NCBI GenBank assembly: GCA_964415865.1
Contig: CAYQBY010000003.1
Coordinates: 3,158 to 67,157 of the forward strand
Direction: 5' to 3'
From: an uncultured Piscirickettsiaceae bacterium
GTDB taxonomy: Bacteria > Pseudomonadota > Gammaproteobacteria > GCF-002020875
Length of the DNA stretch: 64,000 nucleotides
In this document: positions 1 to 10,237 of the stretch, one piece after another
Numbering within the stretch: the stretch's first letter is position 1
How the letters are laid out: each line of letters starts with the position of its first letter
Made by a program: the position numbers and the translations under genes
The notes under the pieces: model-generated
The model's database searches: none
What the model saw: only the letters and a program-made list of their open reading frames with translations
What the model was told of the DNA's origin: nothing

Positions 1-2138
1 GTGATGAGTATATCGCCTTCAGTTCCGGTGGACAGAGCGGACAGCTGATTGTCTATGGAATCCCCTCCATGCGTATCCTCAAGTATGTTGCGGTATTCAC
101 CCCAGAGCCATGGCAGGGTTACGGCTTTGATGATGAGTCCAAGGCGGTACTGGCTCAGGGTCGCATCAACGGCAAGGATATCCTCTTTGGTGATACCCAC
201 CATCCGGCGATCTCCGAGACCAATGCCGAGTACGATGGACAGTATCTCTTCATCAACGACAAGAACAATCCACGTATTGCAGTTGTTGATCTGCATGACT
301 TCGAGACCAAGCAGATTGTGGTCAACCCACACTTCAACAATGAGCATGGCGGTGCATTTGTAACCCCAAATACTGACTATGTCATCGAGGCGGCACAGTA
401 CCCCGCCCCATTCGAGGATGAGTATGTACCCCTGGAGCAGTTCAATGACCGCTACCGTGGTGGTGTCACCTACTGGAAGTTCAACCGTGAGGCAGGTCGT
501 CTCGACCCATCTCAATCCTTCACCGTCGAGATGCCTCCATATAGCCAGGACCTCTCCGACTTCGGAAAGTTTGGCAGTGATGGCTGGTCCTTCACCAACT
601 CCTTCTGCTCCGAGCGTTATGTGGGCGGAATCGAGAAGGGTCGCCCTCCTTATGAGGCAGGCTGCTCGCAAAAGGATACTGACTTCCTCCACGTCGTAAA
701 CTGGGAGAAGGCTGCTGAGCTATACAAGGCTGGCAAAGGTACTTCTGTAAATGGTATGGATGTACTCTCCATGGATACCATGGTTAAGAACAATGCCATG
801 TTCCTGGTTCCTGAGCCTAAGAGCCCTCATGGAGTTGACGTCTCTCCAGACGGTAAATTCATGATCGTATCCGGTAAGCTCGATAGCCATGCATATGTAT
901 ACAGCTTCGAGAAGATGATGGCTGCACATAGTACTGGAAAATATGAGGCTCGTGATGCCTACGGTATCCCTATTGTCTCTCTGGAAGATGCATTGGAAAG
1001 ACAGGTACAGGTTGGTCTTGGACCACTGCACACGCAGTATGACTCCAAGGAGTGTACGGTCTACACCTCCATCTATGTGGATTCACAGGTCACCAAGTGG
1101 AATTACTGTACTGGCGAGATTCTGGACAAGATCTCCATCCACTACAACATTGGTCACCTGATGACCATGGAGGGTGACTCTGCATCTCCAGATGGTAAAT
1201 ATCTGGTAGCACTGGACAAACTGGCGATTGACCGTTTCAATCCTGTTGGCCCACTTCATCCTCAAAATCACCAGCTGATCGATATCAGTGGTGACAAGAT
1301 GGAGCTACTCTATGATATGCCTCTACCATTGGGCGAACCACACTATGCGGTTGCGATTAAGGCAGACAAGCTGAAGCCTGTAATCCGCTACAAGTCTGGT
1401 TGGGATAGCCGCTCTGACAAGCGCTCTCCATACAAGACCCGTGCTGGTCGTGAGAAGACATCTCGTACCTGTGATGGTGACAACTGTACTGTTGAGGTAT
1501 TTGGTACTGTGATTCGTTCACACATCACGCCAGAGACTATTGAGGCTGAGGTTGGTGACAAGGTAATCATTCACCTTACCAACCTGGAGCGTGCTGAGGA
1601 TGAGACCCACGGTTTCGCAATCAACGGCACCAACGTAAACCTCTCTCTGGAGCCTGGTAAGACAGTCTCTGCAACATTCATGGCAGACACAGAGGGTGTA
1701 TTCCCTTACTACTGTACTGAGTTCTGTTCAGCACTCCACCTTGAGATGGAAGGATACCTGCTGGTCAAACCTAAAGGCTACAAGGCTGAGGCAGGTGAGA
1801 TTGTTGATGGCACCACCTATACCAAGGGAGATTATGACAAGCAGTACCAGACCAATCTGGATACTCAGGCCATTATCGACAGTGTTGTAGGGTACATCAC
1901 CAGTACTAACTTCAAGGACTTCGCACCCGTGACTGCACTGGTTGAGGATGCCGTTGATCAGTTAGGCTTTGCTGCAGCATGGCAGAAGAAAGCAGAGGAA
2001 TCTGCAGCTGCCAGTGACTTCCAGAATGCAACTCTGCAAGCTGGTCAGTGGTGGCAGTATCAGGTTAAGGCTGCGGACATCGGTCTGCGTGCCAAAACCT
2101 ACCTGGAAGAACACGGTGCGGTTGTGCAAGCTAAATAA
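1..2138 (+). CDS. nosZ: Nitrous-oxide reductase NosZ, 5' partial (ORF continues upstream of the window); carries a ~105-aa non-heme C-terminal extension
   Basis: Frame continuous from nt 3 (DEYIAFSSGGQSGQLIVYGIPSMRILKY...); characteristic N2OR beta-propeller sequence; C-terminal cupredoxin CuA motif HGFAINGTNV...YYCTEFCSALHLEMEGYL. Confidence 0.93.
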   Translation, partial: DEYIAFSSGGQSGQLIVYGIPSMRILKYVAVFTPEPWQGYGFDDESKAVLAQGRINGKDILFGDTHHPAISETNAEYDGQYLFINDKNNPRIAVVDLHDFETKQIVVNPHFNNEHGGAFVTPNTDYVIEAAQYPAPFEDEYVPLEQFNDRYRGGVTYWKFNREAGRLDPSQSFTVEMPPYSQDLSDFGKFGSDGWSFTNSFCSERYVGGIEKGRPPYEAGCSQKDTDFLHVVNWEKAAELYKAGKGTSVNGMDVLSMDTMVKNNAMFLVPEPKSPHGVDVSPDGKFMIVSGKLDSHAYVYSFEKMMAAHSTGKYEARDAYGIPIVSLEDALERQVQVGLGPLHTQYDSKECTVYTSIYVDSQVTKWNYCTGEILDKISIHYNIGHLMTMEGDSASPDGKYLVALDKLAIDRFNPVGPLHPQNHQLIDISGDKMELLYDMPLPLGEPHYAVAIKADKLKPVIRYKSGWDSRSDKRSPYKTRAGREKTSRTCDGDNCTVEVFGTVIRSHITPETIEAEVGDKVIIHLTNLERAEDETHGFAINGTNVNLSLEPGKTVSATFMADTEGVFPYYCTEFCSALHLEMEGYLLVKPKGYKAEAGEIVDGTTYTKGDYDKQYQTNLDTQAIIDSVVGYITSTNFKDFAPVTALVEDAVDQLGFAAAWQKKAEESAAASDFQNATLQAGQWWQYQVKAADIGLRAKTYLEEHGAVVQAK

Positions 2139-2167
2139 TGCACGATTAACACACTGTTAGTCCATAA

Positions 2168-2199
2168 GGGGAGAGCACTAGTTGCTCTCCCCTTTTTTT
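2168..2199 (+). terminator. Rho-independent terminator after nosZ
   Basis: GGGGAGAGCA-ctagt-TGCTCTCCCC stem-loop followed by TTTTTTT. Confidence 0.8.
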
Positions 2200-2298
2200 C
2201 ATAAAAACCCCTTGATAAACTGTTCTGAAATAGTTTGGAAATAAAGTTTTAATAGGATCTAATGCAATTTGATAATGTATTGAACAAAGGAACAGATA

Positions 2299-2619
2299 AT
2301 GAAAATCAGAAACACTCTACTTGCAGCATCATCCATAGCCCTGCTATCTGCAATGGCTACCACAGCATCAGCAGATGGTGCCGCACTCTACGAAAGCAAG
2401 ACATGCTGGGCATGTCATGGAAAGGATGCACAAACCCCTGTGCTTCCAACATATCCAAAACTAGCCGGACAGAGTAAAGAGTATGCTCTTAATCAGATGA
2501 AGGACATCAAGTCAGGGGTTCGCAGCAACGGTGGTGCAGCTGCAATGCAGGGTGTAATGGGGCTGGTTAATGATGCAGAGATGGCAGAGATTGCCGGGTG
2601 GCTGTCTACTCTTAAGTAA
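2299..2619 (+). CDS. Monoheme class I cytochrome c (c552/c553-like), Sec signal; nos-associated (nosC-like)
   Basis: Signal peptide, single CWACH heme motif, 106 aa. Confidence 0.8.
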   Translation: MKIRNTLLAASSIALLSAMATTASADGAALYESKTCWACHGKDAQTPVLPTYPKLAGQSKEYALNQMKDIKSGVRSNGGAAAMQGVMGLVNDAEMAEIAGWLSTLK

Positions 2620-2709
2620 AAAGAGAGCATTGACACAGATCAAAGCAAAAAACAGCTCTATCGCATAATCTATAGAACGCCTGAATAAACAGAACATAGT
2701 GGAGAGATA

Positions 2710-3438
2710 TTGATGAAGAAAATTACAGCAATTGCAGCTGGGATTGCACTGATTGGGATGAGTGTTGGTGGTACAGCCTCAGCCAGCGGACAGGTTACTG
2801 ATGTAAAGGACTGGAACACTGGTGAAGGTGAGCAGAGTGTAGCCATGACACTTACTCCAGATCGCGAAAACGGAATTGAGGTATATGAGGTCTGCTCAGC
2901 ATGTCACCTGCTTGAAGGCTGGGGCATGAAGAATGGAACATTCCCCCAGTTGGCAGGACAGCACAAAAATGTACTGATCAAACAGTTGGCAGATATTCGC
3001 GCCCTGAACCGTGATAACCCAACCATGTACCCTTTTGCACTTCCTGAATCGATTGGTGATGAGCAGGCAATTGCCGATGTGACCGACTATATCGCCAAGT
3101 TGCCGATGAATCCGGATAATGGCAAGGGGGATGGCACCAATCTGGCCCAAGGTGAAGAGCTCTACAAGAAAAACTGCACGCAATGTCATGGTGACAATGG
3201 GGAAGGCAGTGAGGAGAAATTCTATCCCAAGATCCAGGGGCAGCACTATGCCTACATGTTGCGCCAGTTCGAGTGGATCCGTGACGGCAAGCGTCGTAAT
3301 GCCAACCCAGATATGGTCAAGCAAATTGCCGAGTTCAGTAATGATGACATGAAGGCGGTTATCGACTATACATCCCGTATCCCTGTACCTGCAGAGGATC
3401 TGGGTCCTATTGGCTGGATCAACCCTGACTACGATTAA
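2710..3438 (+). CDS. Diheme cytochrome c4-type protein, periplasmic
   Basis: Signal peptide; two CxxCH motifs (CSACH, CTQCH) in two ~100-aa halves. Confidence 0.8.
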   Translation: MMKKITAIAAGIALIGMSVGGTASASGQVTDVKDWNTGEGEQSVAMTLTPDRENGIEVYEVCSACHLLEGWGMKNGTFPQLAGQHKNVLIKQLADIRALNRDNPTMYPFALPESIGDEQAIADVTDYIAKLPMNPDNGKGDGTNLAQGEELYKKNCTQCHGDNGEGSEEKFYPKIQGQHYAYMLRQFEWIRDGKRRNANPDMVKQIAEFSNDDMKAVIDYTSRIPVPAEDLGPIGWINPDYD

Positions 3439-3563
3439 TGTTCAGTTCACCCTCCTCTTTAGGGAGGGTGAAACTTGAATTTCTCATGGAGGAGTGAGTA
3501 ACGATATATAGAACAAAACAGGGCAATAAAACCAGATAAAAAAGATACAAGGTTTTTTCAAAC

Positions 3564-4775
3564 ATGAGCACTACCAGCACAAAACAGAATTTCATCATAG
3601 GCACCCTATCAATGGTTGCTGTCGGTCTACTGATCTCCATCTTCTACAGCCCTGTTTGGTGGGTAGCACTAAAGGCACCACAATATCCAGAGGCTGCATT
3701 TCCTCAGGGAATTCGTATCCACTTCCATGTCAATGGTGTCTTTAATGGCTGTGAAAAAATCGAATCTGAAGAGAAATTTGAAGAAGAAGCTCTAAACTGT
3801 AAACATGAGATGGATGCCATCAACCACTATGTTGGTATGTATCCAATTGCCGCTGGGGCCCCGGTAGAGCGAGCAGTATCTCCATTTGTATTTGTTCTGC
3901 TTGGGCTGATGATTATCGCCTTTGCAATACCCAACAATCGACAACGCATAATCCTGATGGGCGCTGGCTCTATCGTAATAGCAAGCTGGGCATACACCAC
4001 CCTGTACACTGAAGGGGGATTGAACATGCAATCTTCTCCCTACCGTGACGACCTGATGAGCACCATGCAACACACACCAGAGGAGATTGAAAATTGGAGT
4101 GGAACTCAGGCAATCAAGGCTAGCTATGAGGAGGCTCTGGCACGCTACTTCCCAACCATTGGGATAGATTGTGACAGTTATGCTGAGAAGATGACCTATG
4201 TTGATCTTTATGCAACCCAGGAGCGTCCTTTTGAGGACCTGAATGATCTACTGGTTAATGCTGGTGCAACCCCTGCCGTCATGTCTACCTTCCATGATAT
4301 GTACAAGATGATCCAGAGTGATTCATCCATGACTACCGAACAGCAACAGAGTGAATTCATAGCTCGTTGTGGGGTTATGGCAAACAAGGTTGGCATGACT
4401 GATATCGAGCGTACCGAGCTTATGATGACCCTTACAAACATTGTCTTTGGTGGTCTGCTGGCAGCAATGGCGCTGATCATAATTGGCCTATGGAAGATGG
4501 AGAAGATCTTTACCTGGGTGTTAATCCTTGTACCAATGGCTCTACCAATATTCTTTATTATGGATTACGCTGGATGGCTCTGGTGGTTTGGACATCATCT
4601 GAGTGAGATGGGGGCATTTACTGTAAAACCATTTATGCCAACAGTATTTGGTGTCGGCAAGGTTGCCCAGTTTGCCACCTACTCATATCCATACTATGGA
4701 TTCGGGTTAATCATGCTCAACTCGGTGATTCTGGCTGCAGTAGCACTGATTCGTCTGAAATCATCACAGCAATAA
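3564..4775 (+). CDS. nosB: Polytopic membrane protein, NosB-like (clade II nos cluster membrane protein)
   Basis: Multiple hydrophobic helices; position between nosZ/cytochromes and nosD as in clade II nos clusters. Confidence 0.5.
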   Translation: MSTTSTKQNFIIGTLSMVAVGLLISIFYSPVWWVALKAPQYPEAAFPQGIRIHFHVNGVFNGCEKIESEEKFEEEALNCKHEMDAINHYVGMYPIAAGAPVERAVSPFVFVLLGLMIIAFAIPNNRQRIILMGAGSIVIASWAYTTLYTEGGLNMQSSPYRDDLMSTMQHTPEEIENWSGTQAIKASYEEALARYFPTIGIDCDSYAEKMTYVDLYATQERPFEDLNDLLVNAGATPAVMSTFHDMYKMIQSDSSMTTEQQQSEFIARCGVMANKVGMTDIERTELMMTLTNIVFGGLLAAMALIIIGLWKMEKIFTWVLILVPMALPIFFIMDYAGWLWWFGHHLSEMGAFTVKPFMPTVFGVGKVAQFATYSYPYYGFGLIMLNSVILAAVALIRLKSSQQ

Positions 4776-4805
4776 AACGAATTGATTTAAGCGGAGTCAA
4801 TCAGC

Positions 4806-6227
4806 GTGAGACAGACGATGGTAGTGAGCTGGAACCGACAACAGCTCACTACACGCTGGTTACTATTAACCGCATTATTACTAAGTCTTCCTGCACTCAT
4901 GCAAAGGGCTGAGGCTGTAGCTCTCCCCTCCTTTCAAGAGCTGGTAGATGCCACCCCAAAGGGCGGTGTGTTGACACCACCTGCAGGAATCTATGCAGGT
5001 CCAGTTATCATTGAGACCCCTATCACCATTGATGGAAAAAACGGGGTCACCATTGATGCTGGCGGCAAGGGAAGCGTGGTATATGTCGATACAGATGGGG
5101 CTACCCTGCAAAACCTGACACTGACAAACTCCGGTGTATCCCATAACGACATAGATTCCGGGGTACAGGTTCGTGGCAACTTCAATGTAATTAAAGATAA
5201 CATCATCAAAGAGTGTCTGTTTGGGGTTGATCTTGGACAGGCCGAAAACAACATAATTCGCCGCAACCATATCAGCTCAAAAAGTGATCGTGATCTAGGT
5301 CTACAAGGAGACTCTATTCGCCTCTGGTACAGCTTCAATAATCAGATCACCGACAACATCATTACCAACTCTCGAGATATGGTGGTCTGGTACTCGAAAG
5401 ACAACACCATTGCTCGTAACAAATCATCCGGGGGACGCTATGCTCTCCACTTCATGTACTCGCAGGGAAACCTGGTTGAGGAGAATGAGTATACCGACAA
5501 CTCTGTAGGTATATTTTTGATGTACAGTGATGGTGCAGTAATTAAAAATAACTATATAGCCCACTCCCAAGGAACAACCGGAATGGGGATAGGCCTCAAA
5601 GAGACCAGTGACGTTAAAATCACCGACAATAAGATTCTATACTGTGCCACTGGCATCTACAGTGATGTATCACCATATCAACCAGACACCATCAATCTAA
5701 TGGAGGACAACCTGATAGCCTTTAATGGTATCGGCATGCTCTTCCATACCCCATGGTGGGGAAATGTTGCCCGCAACAACTCATTCAAGGACAACATCAC
5801 CCAGGTGGCTGTTGATGGAAATGGTGGTGCCACCAAGAATGTGTGGGAGGGAAATCACTGGGACGACTACGAAGGTTTTGATCAGAATCGTGACGACACT
5901 GGAGATACCCCTTATGAGCTCTATGCTTATGCTGACCGAATCTGGATGGATCGTCCTGATGCCCGCTTCTTTATGGGCACACCACTCCTGGCATCCCTCG
6001 ATTTTCTTGAGCGACTTGCCCCATTCTCGGAACCAACACTGCTTCTGAGAGATGAAAAACCACTATTGGCATCTCTGGATACCCGTATACTCAACAGTGA
6101 AGACCGGGATATTACACCAGCCACAGAACGTGACAGTTCAGGAAAGGAAACCAAAGATGATGATGCAAATCCTGTCAATAAAGACTGGGCATCATCACTA
6201 AGATTACTTGAGAAGAGCCTGCAATGA
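4806..6227 (+). CDS. nosD: Periplasmic copper-processing protein NosD (right-handed parallel beta-helix repeats)
   Basis: Signal peptide; repeated NxI/ITDN beta-helix repeat pattern (NNIIRRNHIS, NQITDNIITNS, NTIARNKSS...) typical of NosD. Confidence 0.85.
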   Translation: MRQTMVVSWNRQQLTTRWLLLTALLLSLPALMQRAEAVALPSFQELVDATPKGGVLTPPAGIYAGPVIIETPITIDGKNGVTIDAGGKGSVVYVDTDGATLQNLTLTNSGVSHNDIDSGVQVRGNFNVIKDNIIKECLFGVDLGQAENNIIRRNHISSKSDRDLGLQGDSIRLWYSFNNQITDNIITNSRDMVVWYSKDNTIARNKSSGGRYALHFMYSQGNLVEENEYTDNSVGIFLMYSDGAVIKNNYIAHSQGTTGMGIGLKETSDVKITDNKILYCATGIYSDVSPYQPDTINLMEDNLIAFNGIGMLFHTPWWGNVARNNSFKDNITQVAVDGNGGATKNVWEGNHWDDYEGFDQNRDDTGDTPYELYAYADRIWMDRPDARFFMGTPLLASLDFLERLAPFSEPTLLLRDEKPLLASLDTRILNSEDRDITPATERDSSGKETKDDDANPVNKDWASSLRLLEKSLQ

Positions 6228-7048
6228 GCGAATCAGAGAAAAGACCTGAGCGTCTATCAAGAAAAGAGAGGGAGCGCCGAGAGTTCATGAGAACCTCAGC
6301 CATGGTTGCTGGAGTTACCGGATTCTCACTACTTACCCTTATCCCCACAGTTAATAATGCTGCACCCAGATTGCGCCCACCTGGTGCACTGGATGAGAAA
6401 GAGTACCTGGCCTCCTGTATAAAGTGTGGACAGTGCGTTCAGGTATGTCCGGTAGAGGCCATTGAGTTGGCAGATATTTTTGATGGGCAAGGTCAGGGGG
6501 CAGCCTATATTGATGCACGTGACCAGGCCTGTGACTTCTCCTGTGATGGCCTGCAGTGTGTTCTGGCCTGCCCCACCGGTGCCCTGACTCATGAGATCAA
6601 CTACTCCCATGAAACCAGAATGGGGATCGCACGACTCGAGCTACCGGATGAATGTCTTGCAATGAAAAAAGAGGGGTTTCGAGGGGTTACCCGAGGGCTA
6701 GAGTATAGTGGCAAACTGCGCTTTGATGAGATTGACCGCTGGGAGCCGCAACCACTTAATGAACAACATTTTGATCTACCGCTCTGTGACCTCTGTGTTC
6801 GCCTCTGCCCGATAGAGATACGAGCCAACCAGTGTGATGCAGGTAAACCGCCATCCGGTGACCAGAACCAATGCCCTCCAAACAGGGCGATAATGCTCTC
6901 CGTGGAGAAGAAGGCAGATGGTGGCCTACAGTATCGTCCTACTGTGCTCGAGGGGTGTGTCGGCTGTGGAGTCTGTGAGATGGTATGCCCTACCACTGCA
7001 CCATCCATCGTCATTGATGAAAGAAAAGTTTGGGAGGATGTCGCATGA
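6224..7048 (+). CDS. nosG: Tat-exported 4x[4Fe-4S] ferredoxin NosG (NapG-like)
   Basis: RREFM twin-arginine signal; four CxxCxxCxxxCP-type clusters. Confidence 0.8.
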   Translation: MSESEKRPERLSRKERERREFMRTSAMVAGVTGFSLLTLIPTVNNAAPRLRPPGALDEKEYLASCIKCGQCVQVCPVEAIELADIFDGQGQGAAYIDARDQACDFSCDGLQCVLACPTGALTHEINYSHETRMGIARLELPDECLAMKKEGFRGVTRGLEYSGKLRFDEIDRWEPQPLNEQHFDLPLCDLCVRLCPIEIRANQCDAGKPPSGDQNQCPPNRAIMLSVEKKADGGLQYRPTVLEGCVGCGVCEMVCPTTAPSIVIDERKVWEDVA

Positions 7049-8022
7049 GGATCGGAAAATATTGCGTCAATATAATGATGGGGAAGAGCCCTACCAAGAC
7101 ACCCCCAGAAAAAATTTCTACCGAGGCACAAGAGCTCCATGAGCGCAAGAAAAAAAATGGGGAGGTAGACAAGGTCAAGGCACGTGAGGAGCATCAGATA
7201 TATCGTGAAACTCATAATAAAAAGTGGCGCAAGAGACGCTGGACCACCCTGATACTGGTTAACCTCCTATTTGTTGTCTCCTACGCACTGGATATCCAGG
7301 TACTGGAGGGAGCACTAACCGCATCCCGTTTCCTTGGATTTCATATGGCTGATCTAAACTCAGCTCTACAGGTAATGCTCGCCTTCAAGACAGTAGTGAT
7401 AAATCTGCTGATTGGAACTGTAACCATCCTGATCCTCTGGTTGTTGCTTGGTGGACGTACCTTCTGCTCCTGGGTCTGTCCATACCATCTCCTCTCGGAA
7501 TTTGCCGAGATGATCCATATCAAGCTAGTTGAAAAGAAGATTATCAAGAACCATCTCTTCAACCGTAAGGCACGCCTCTATCTCTATATTATCTTTCTTG
7601 CTCTAGCCCTTGGTACCGGCTATACAATTTTTGAGGCCATCTCCCCTACAGGGATTCTGAGCCGAGCACTGATTTATGGCCCCACAGTTGCGCTACTTTG
7701 GGTACTGTTTTTGCTGACAGTAGAGATCTTCTACTCCCGTAGAGCCTGGTGTCGTTACGCCTGCCCTATTGGCCTGACCTATGGCTTTGTTGGTATCTTC
7801 TCTCCACTGAAGATCAACTACAATGTCGATGCCTGTCACCATGAGGGAGACTGCCGCAAGGTCTGCCTGGTTCCACATGTGTTGGAATGGACAATCAAGG
7901 GGCGGGCACCGGATATTAATGTGGGGATCGGTCCGGACTGTACCAGATGCGGCATGTGTGTAGATGTCTGCCCAACAGATTCTCTAAGCTATCACTTCAA
8001 AGGCCTAAGCAAGAAAAAATGA
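7030..8022 (+). CDS. nosH: Membrane-bound ferredoxin NosH (NapH-like); true start may be an internal Met (MRIGK/MMGKS)
   Basis: TM helices plus CxxC and CPxG motifs, then C-terminal CxxCxxCxxxCP clusters; gene order after nosG. Confidence 0.75.
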   Translation: MGGCRMRIGKYCVNIMMGKSPTKTPPEKISTEAQELHERKKKNGEVDKVKAREEHQIYRETHNKKWRKRRWTTLILVNLLFVVSYALDIQVLEGALTASRFLGFHMADLNSALQVMLAFKTVVINLLIGTVTILILWLLLGGRTFCSWVCPYHLLSEFAEMIHIKLVEKKIIKNHLFNRKARLYLYIIFLALALGTGYTIFEAISPTGILSRALIYGPTVALLWVLFLLTVEIFYSRRAWCRYACPIGLTYGFVGIFSPLKINYNVDACHHEGDCRKVCLVPHVLEWTIKGRAPDINVGIGPDCTRCGMCVDVCPTDSLSYHFKGLSKKK

Positions 8023-8873
8023 TCCTTTTAAAGAAGGTATCCAAGACCTTCAAACGTACCACCGTTCTGCAAGAGCTTGATCTGGAAATCAAGACGGGCG
8101 ACAGGGTTGCCCTGATTGGCTCCAATGGTGCCGGTAAAACAACCCTGATCCGCTGCTTGCTCGGTGAATACAGCTTTGATGGAGAGATCACCCTTGATGG
8201 CAAGAACCCGCGCAGGGAGAGAAAGGAGGTTCTATCACGTATAGGATTTGTACCTCAACTCCCTCCCCCGCTCAAAATGCCTGTTCAACAATTACTGGAT
8301 TTTTCCGCCAGCGTCTGCGGGTGCTCTACAGAGGAGATGGTATCAGTAGCTGAACAGCTGGGGCTTGAACTTGAGACCATAAGAAAAAGAGCATTTGTAA
8401 AACTCTCTGGCGGACAGAAACAGAAACTACTGATCGCCATCGCACTAGGGCGCGCCACCAATCTACTTATAATGGATGAACCTGCCGCCAACCTTGATCC
8501 TGAGGCCAGACACATTCTCTTCTCCATGCTTGAGAAAAAGAGAAAAGAGACTGCCATGTTAATCTCCAGCCATCGTCTTGATGAGGTGGCCTCACTGGTA
8601 AATCGGGTGATTGAGCTGGATCGAGGCAAGGTGATTCTGGATGATCGAGTTGATGATAGTGTAGAGCTCTCCAGTCTACTGAGCTGCACTATCAAAACCA
8701 CTCGTATCGAACCTGCATTTTCAGCAGCCATCAAATCATGGGGATTCAGCAACCAAAACTCTGAAACAGAATGGAATGGAACTATTCCGGGACCAGATCG
8801 CCTCCGTTTTCTGGGAGTACTCTCACGCTATGCCGCCTTGTTGGCACAGGTCAATATTGAGGAGAGTAGTTGA
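8019..8873 (+). CDS. nosF: ABC transporter ATP-binding protein NosF
   Basis: Walker A GSNGAGKTT, signature LSGGQKQ, Walker B LLIMDEP; ATGA overlap with nosH stop at 8019-8022. Confidence 0.85.
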   Translation: MILLKKVSKTFKRTTVLQELDLEIKTGDRVALIGSNGAGKTTLIRCLLGEYSFDGEITLDGKNPRRERKEVLSRIGFVPQLPPPLKMPVQQLLDFSASVCGCSTEEMVSVAEQLGLELETIRKRAFVKLSGGQKQKLLIAIALGRATNLLIMDEPAANLDPEARHILFSMLEKKRKETAMLISSHRLDEVASLVNRVIELDRGKVILDDRVDDSVELSSLLSCTIKTTRIEPAFSAAIKSWGFSNQNSETEWNGTIPGPDRLRFLGVLSRYAALLAQVNIEESS

Positions 8874-9382
8874 TGAGATGGTCAACCATGAATCTACTGA
8901 AGGTTATATACCTGACCTCACTGCTGTTTCTGGCTGGCTGTAGCGGTGATCCCGCAACAGGTCCTGTTGATGTCACCTGGGATCGAGATAACTGTGACCG
9001 CTGCATGATGGCACTTAGTGATCGCAACCACTCTGCCCAGGTTCGTGGTGGCAAACAGCACACCCCATACACTTTTGATGACATAGGTTGTGCCCTGCTA
9101 TGGCTTGAAGAACAGTCATGGAAAGATGATCCAGCAACTGAGATCTGGGTAAACAACTACCATGATGGAAGCTGGCTGAATGCCAGAGAGGCACAGTATG
9201 TGAAAATTACCCATACCCCAATGAATTACGGCTTTAGTGCACAACCAAAAGCCACCGATGAGTCAGTCGACTTTAAAGAGATGAAAAGTTCTGTTTTCCG
9301 CCAGGAGGATACCTACCACGCCTCACTAAAGGCTCGTCTTGCCCATCGCGCCACAGAGGCTGTAAACGGGAACAAACCATGA
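8870..9382 (+). CDS. nosL: Copper-binding lipoprotein NosL
   Basis: Lipobox LLFLAGCSGD; size and position within nosDFYL module. Confidence 0.75.
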   Translation: MMRWSTMNLLKVIYLTSLLFLAGCSGDPATGPVDVTWDRDNCDRCMMALSDRNHSAQVRGGKQHTPYTFDDIGCALLWLEEQSWKDDPATEIWVNNYHDGSWLNAREAQYVKITHTPMNYGFSAQPKATDESVDFKEMKSSVFRQEDTYHASLKARLAHRATEAVNGNKP

Positions 9383-10206
9383 AACACACCTGGATGACAG
9401 CCAAGGCAGATATCTCTGAATCACTGCGAAGCAAGTGGTTCCTGATATATTCAATTGTCTTTGGGGGAATAATTGCTCTGCTCTTTGCCTTTGGATTGAC
9501 TGAATCCAGGATCATGGGGTTTGTCGGTCTATCACGCCTGTTGATTACATATATTCAGCTATCAATGGCAATCCTCCCGATATTTATTCTAATCACCACA
9601 GTGCGCTCTGTTGCTGGTGATCGTGATGCAGGAATATTTGAGTACCTGCTCTCACTCCCAATATCCCTCTCCTCATGGTTCTGGGGCAAAATGTTTGGTC
9701 GCTTCACTGTTGTCTTTCTTCCGGTTTTCCTCGCCATGGCAGGGGCAATTGTGTGGGGAGTCATTCAGGGAATGGAGATCCCATGGTCCATCTTCCTCTT
9801 CTACACAGCCCTGCTCTTCTCTCTGTCATGGTGTTTCCTCGGTATTGGGATGCTGATCTCCACCATTGCACGATCACCAGATGTGGCTCAGGGTAGCGCC
9901 TTTATGATCTGGCTCTTCCTGCTACTGTTTCTGGATCTTATTCTGCTTGGCATAATGATTCAGCAACAGATCCCCTCGGATACCATTGTTGCCATCGCGC
10001 TTAGTAATCCACTACAGGTGTTTCGCACTGCATCAATGCTGCTGTTTGATCCCCAGCTGGTTCTGCTTGGCCCCTCAGCCTATCTGATTCTCGACCATTT
10101 TGGAGAGTTCTGGTATCTGATATGGGCTATGGCATATCCTCTTGTGCTTGGTACTGTTACCGCATCCATCGGATATATGCTGTTTCGCCGTGGTGATCAA
10201 CTGTAG
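9379..10206 (+). CDS. nosY: ABC-2 type permease NosY
   Basis: Six hydrophobic helices; follows nosF/nosL. Confidence 0.75.
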   Translation: MKHTWMTAKADISESLRSKWFLIYSIVFGGIIALLFAFGLTESRIMGFVGLSRLLITYIQLSMAILPIFILITTVRSVAGDRDAGIFEYLLSLPISLSSWFWGKMFGRFTVVFLPVFLAMAGAIVWGVIQGMEIPWSIFLFYTALLFSLSWCFLGIGMLISTIARSPDVAQGSAFMIWLFLLLFLDLILLGIMIQQQIPSDTIVAIALSNPLQVFRTASMLLFDPQLVLLGPSAYLILDHFGEFWYLIWAMAYPLVLGTVTASIGYMLFRRGDQL

Positions 10207-10237
10207 AAGCTCAACCCTATTATTCTTAATCCCTGCC

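Noticed and set aside
3447-3475. Hairpin TCACCCTCC...GGAGGGTGA after the c4 cytochrome
   Set aside because: A stable stem exists but no T-run follows. It is possibly only a weak or partial terminator, so it was not listed as a confident feature.
4881-5338. 115-129 aa antisense ORFs within nosD, and similar antisense ORFs inside narG, narH, nirS, menD
   Set aside because: They are fully embedded in strongly supported genes on the opposite strand with no independent signals; typical of six-frame noise in moderate-GC DNA.
7947-8018. Upstream in-frame Met extending nosF by 24 aa
   Set aside because: The extension lies within nosH coding sequence. MILLKK starts right at an ATGA overlap with the nosH stop and immediately precedes the Walker A region.
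10142-10237. Upstream in-frame Met extending the c4 cytochrome ORF by 32 aa
   Set aside because: The extension overlaps the nosY 3' end and lacks signal-peptide character. The MERIKQTL start gives a proper Sec signal peptide.
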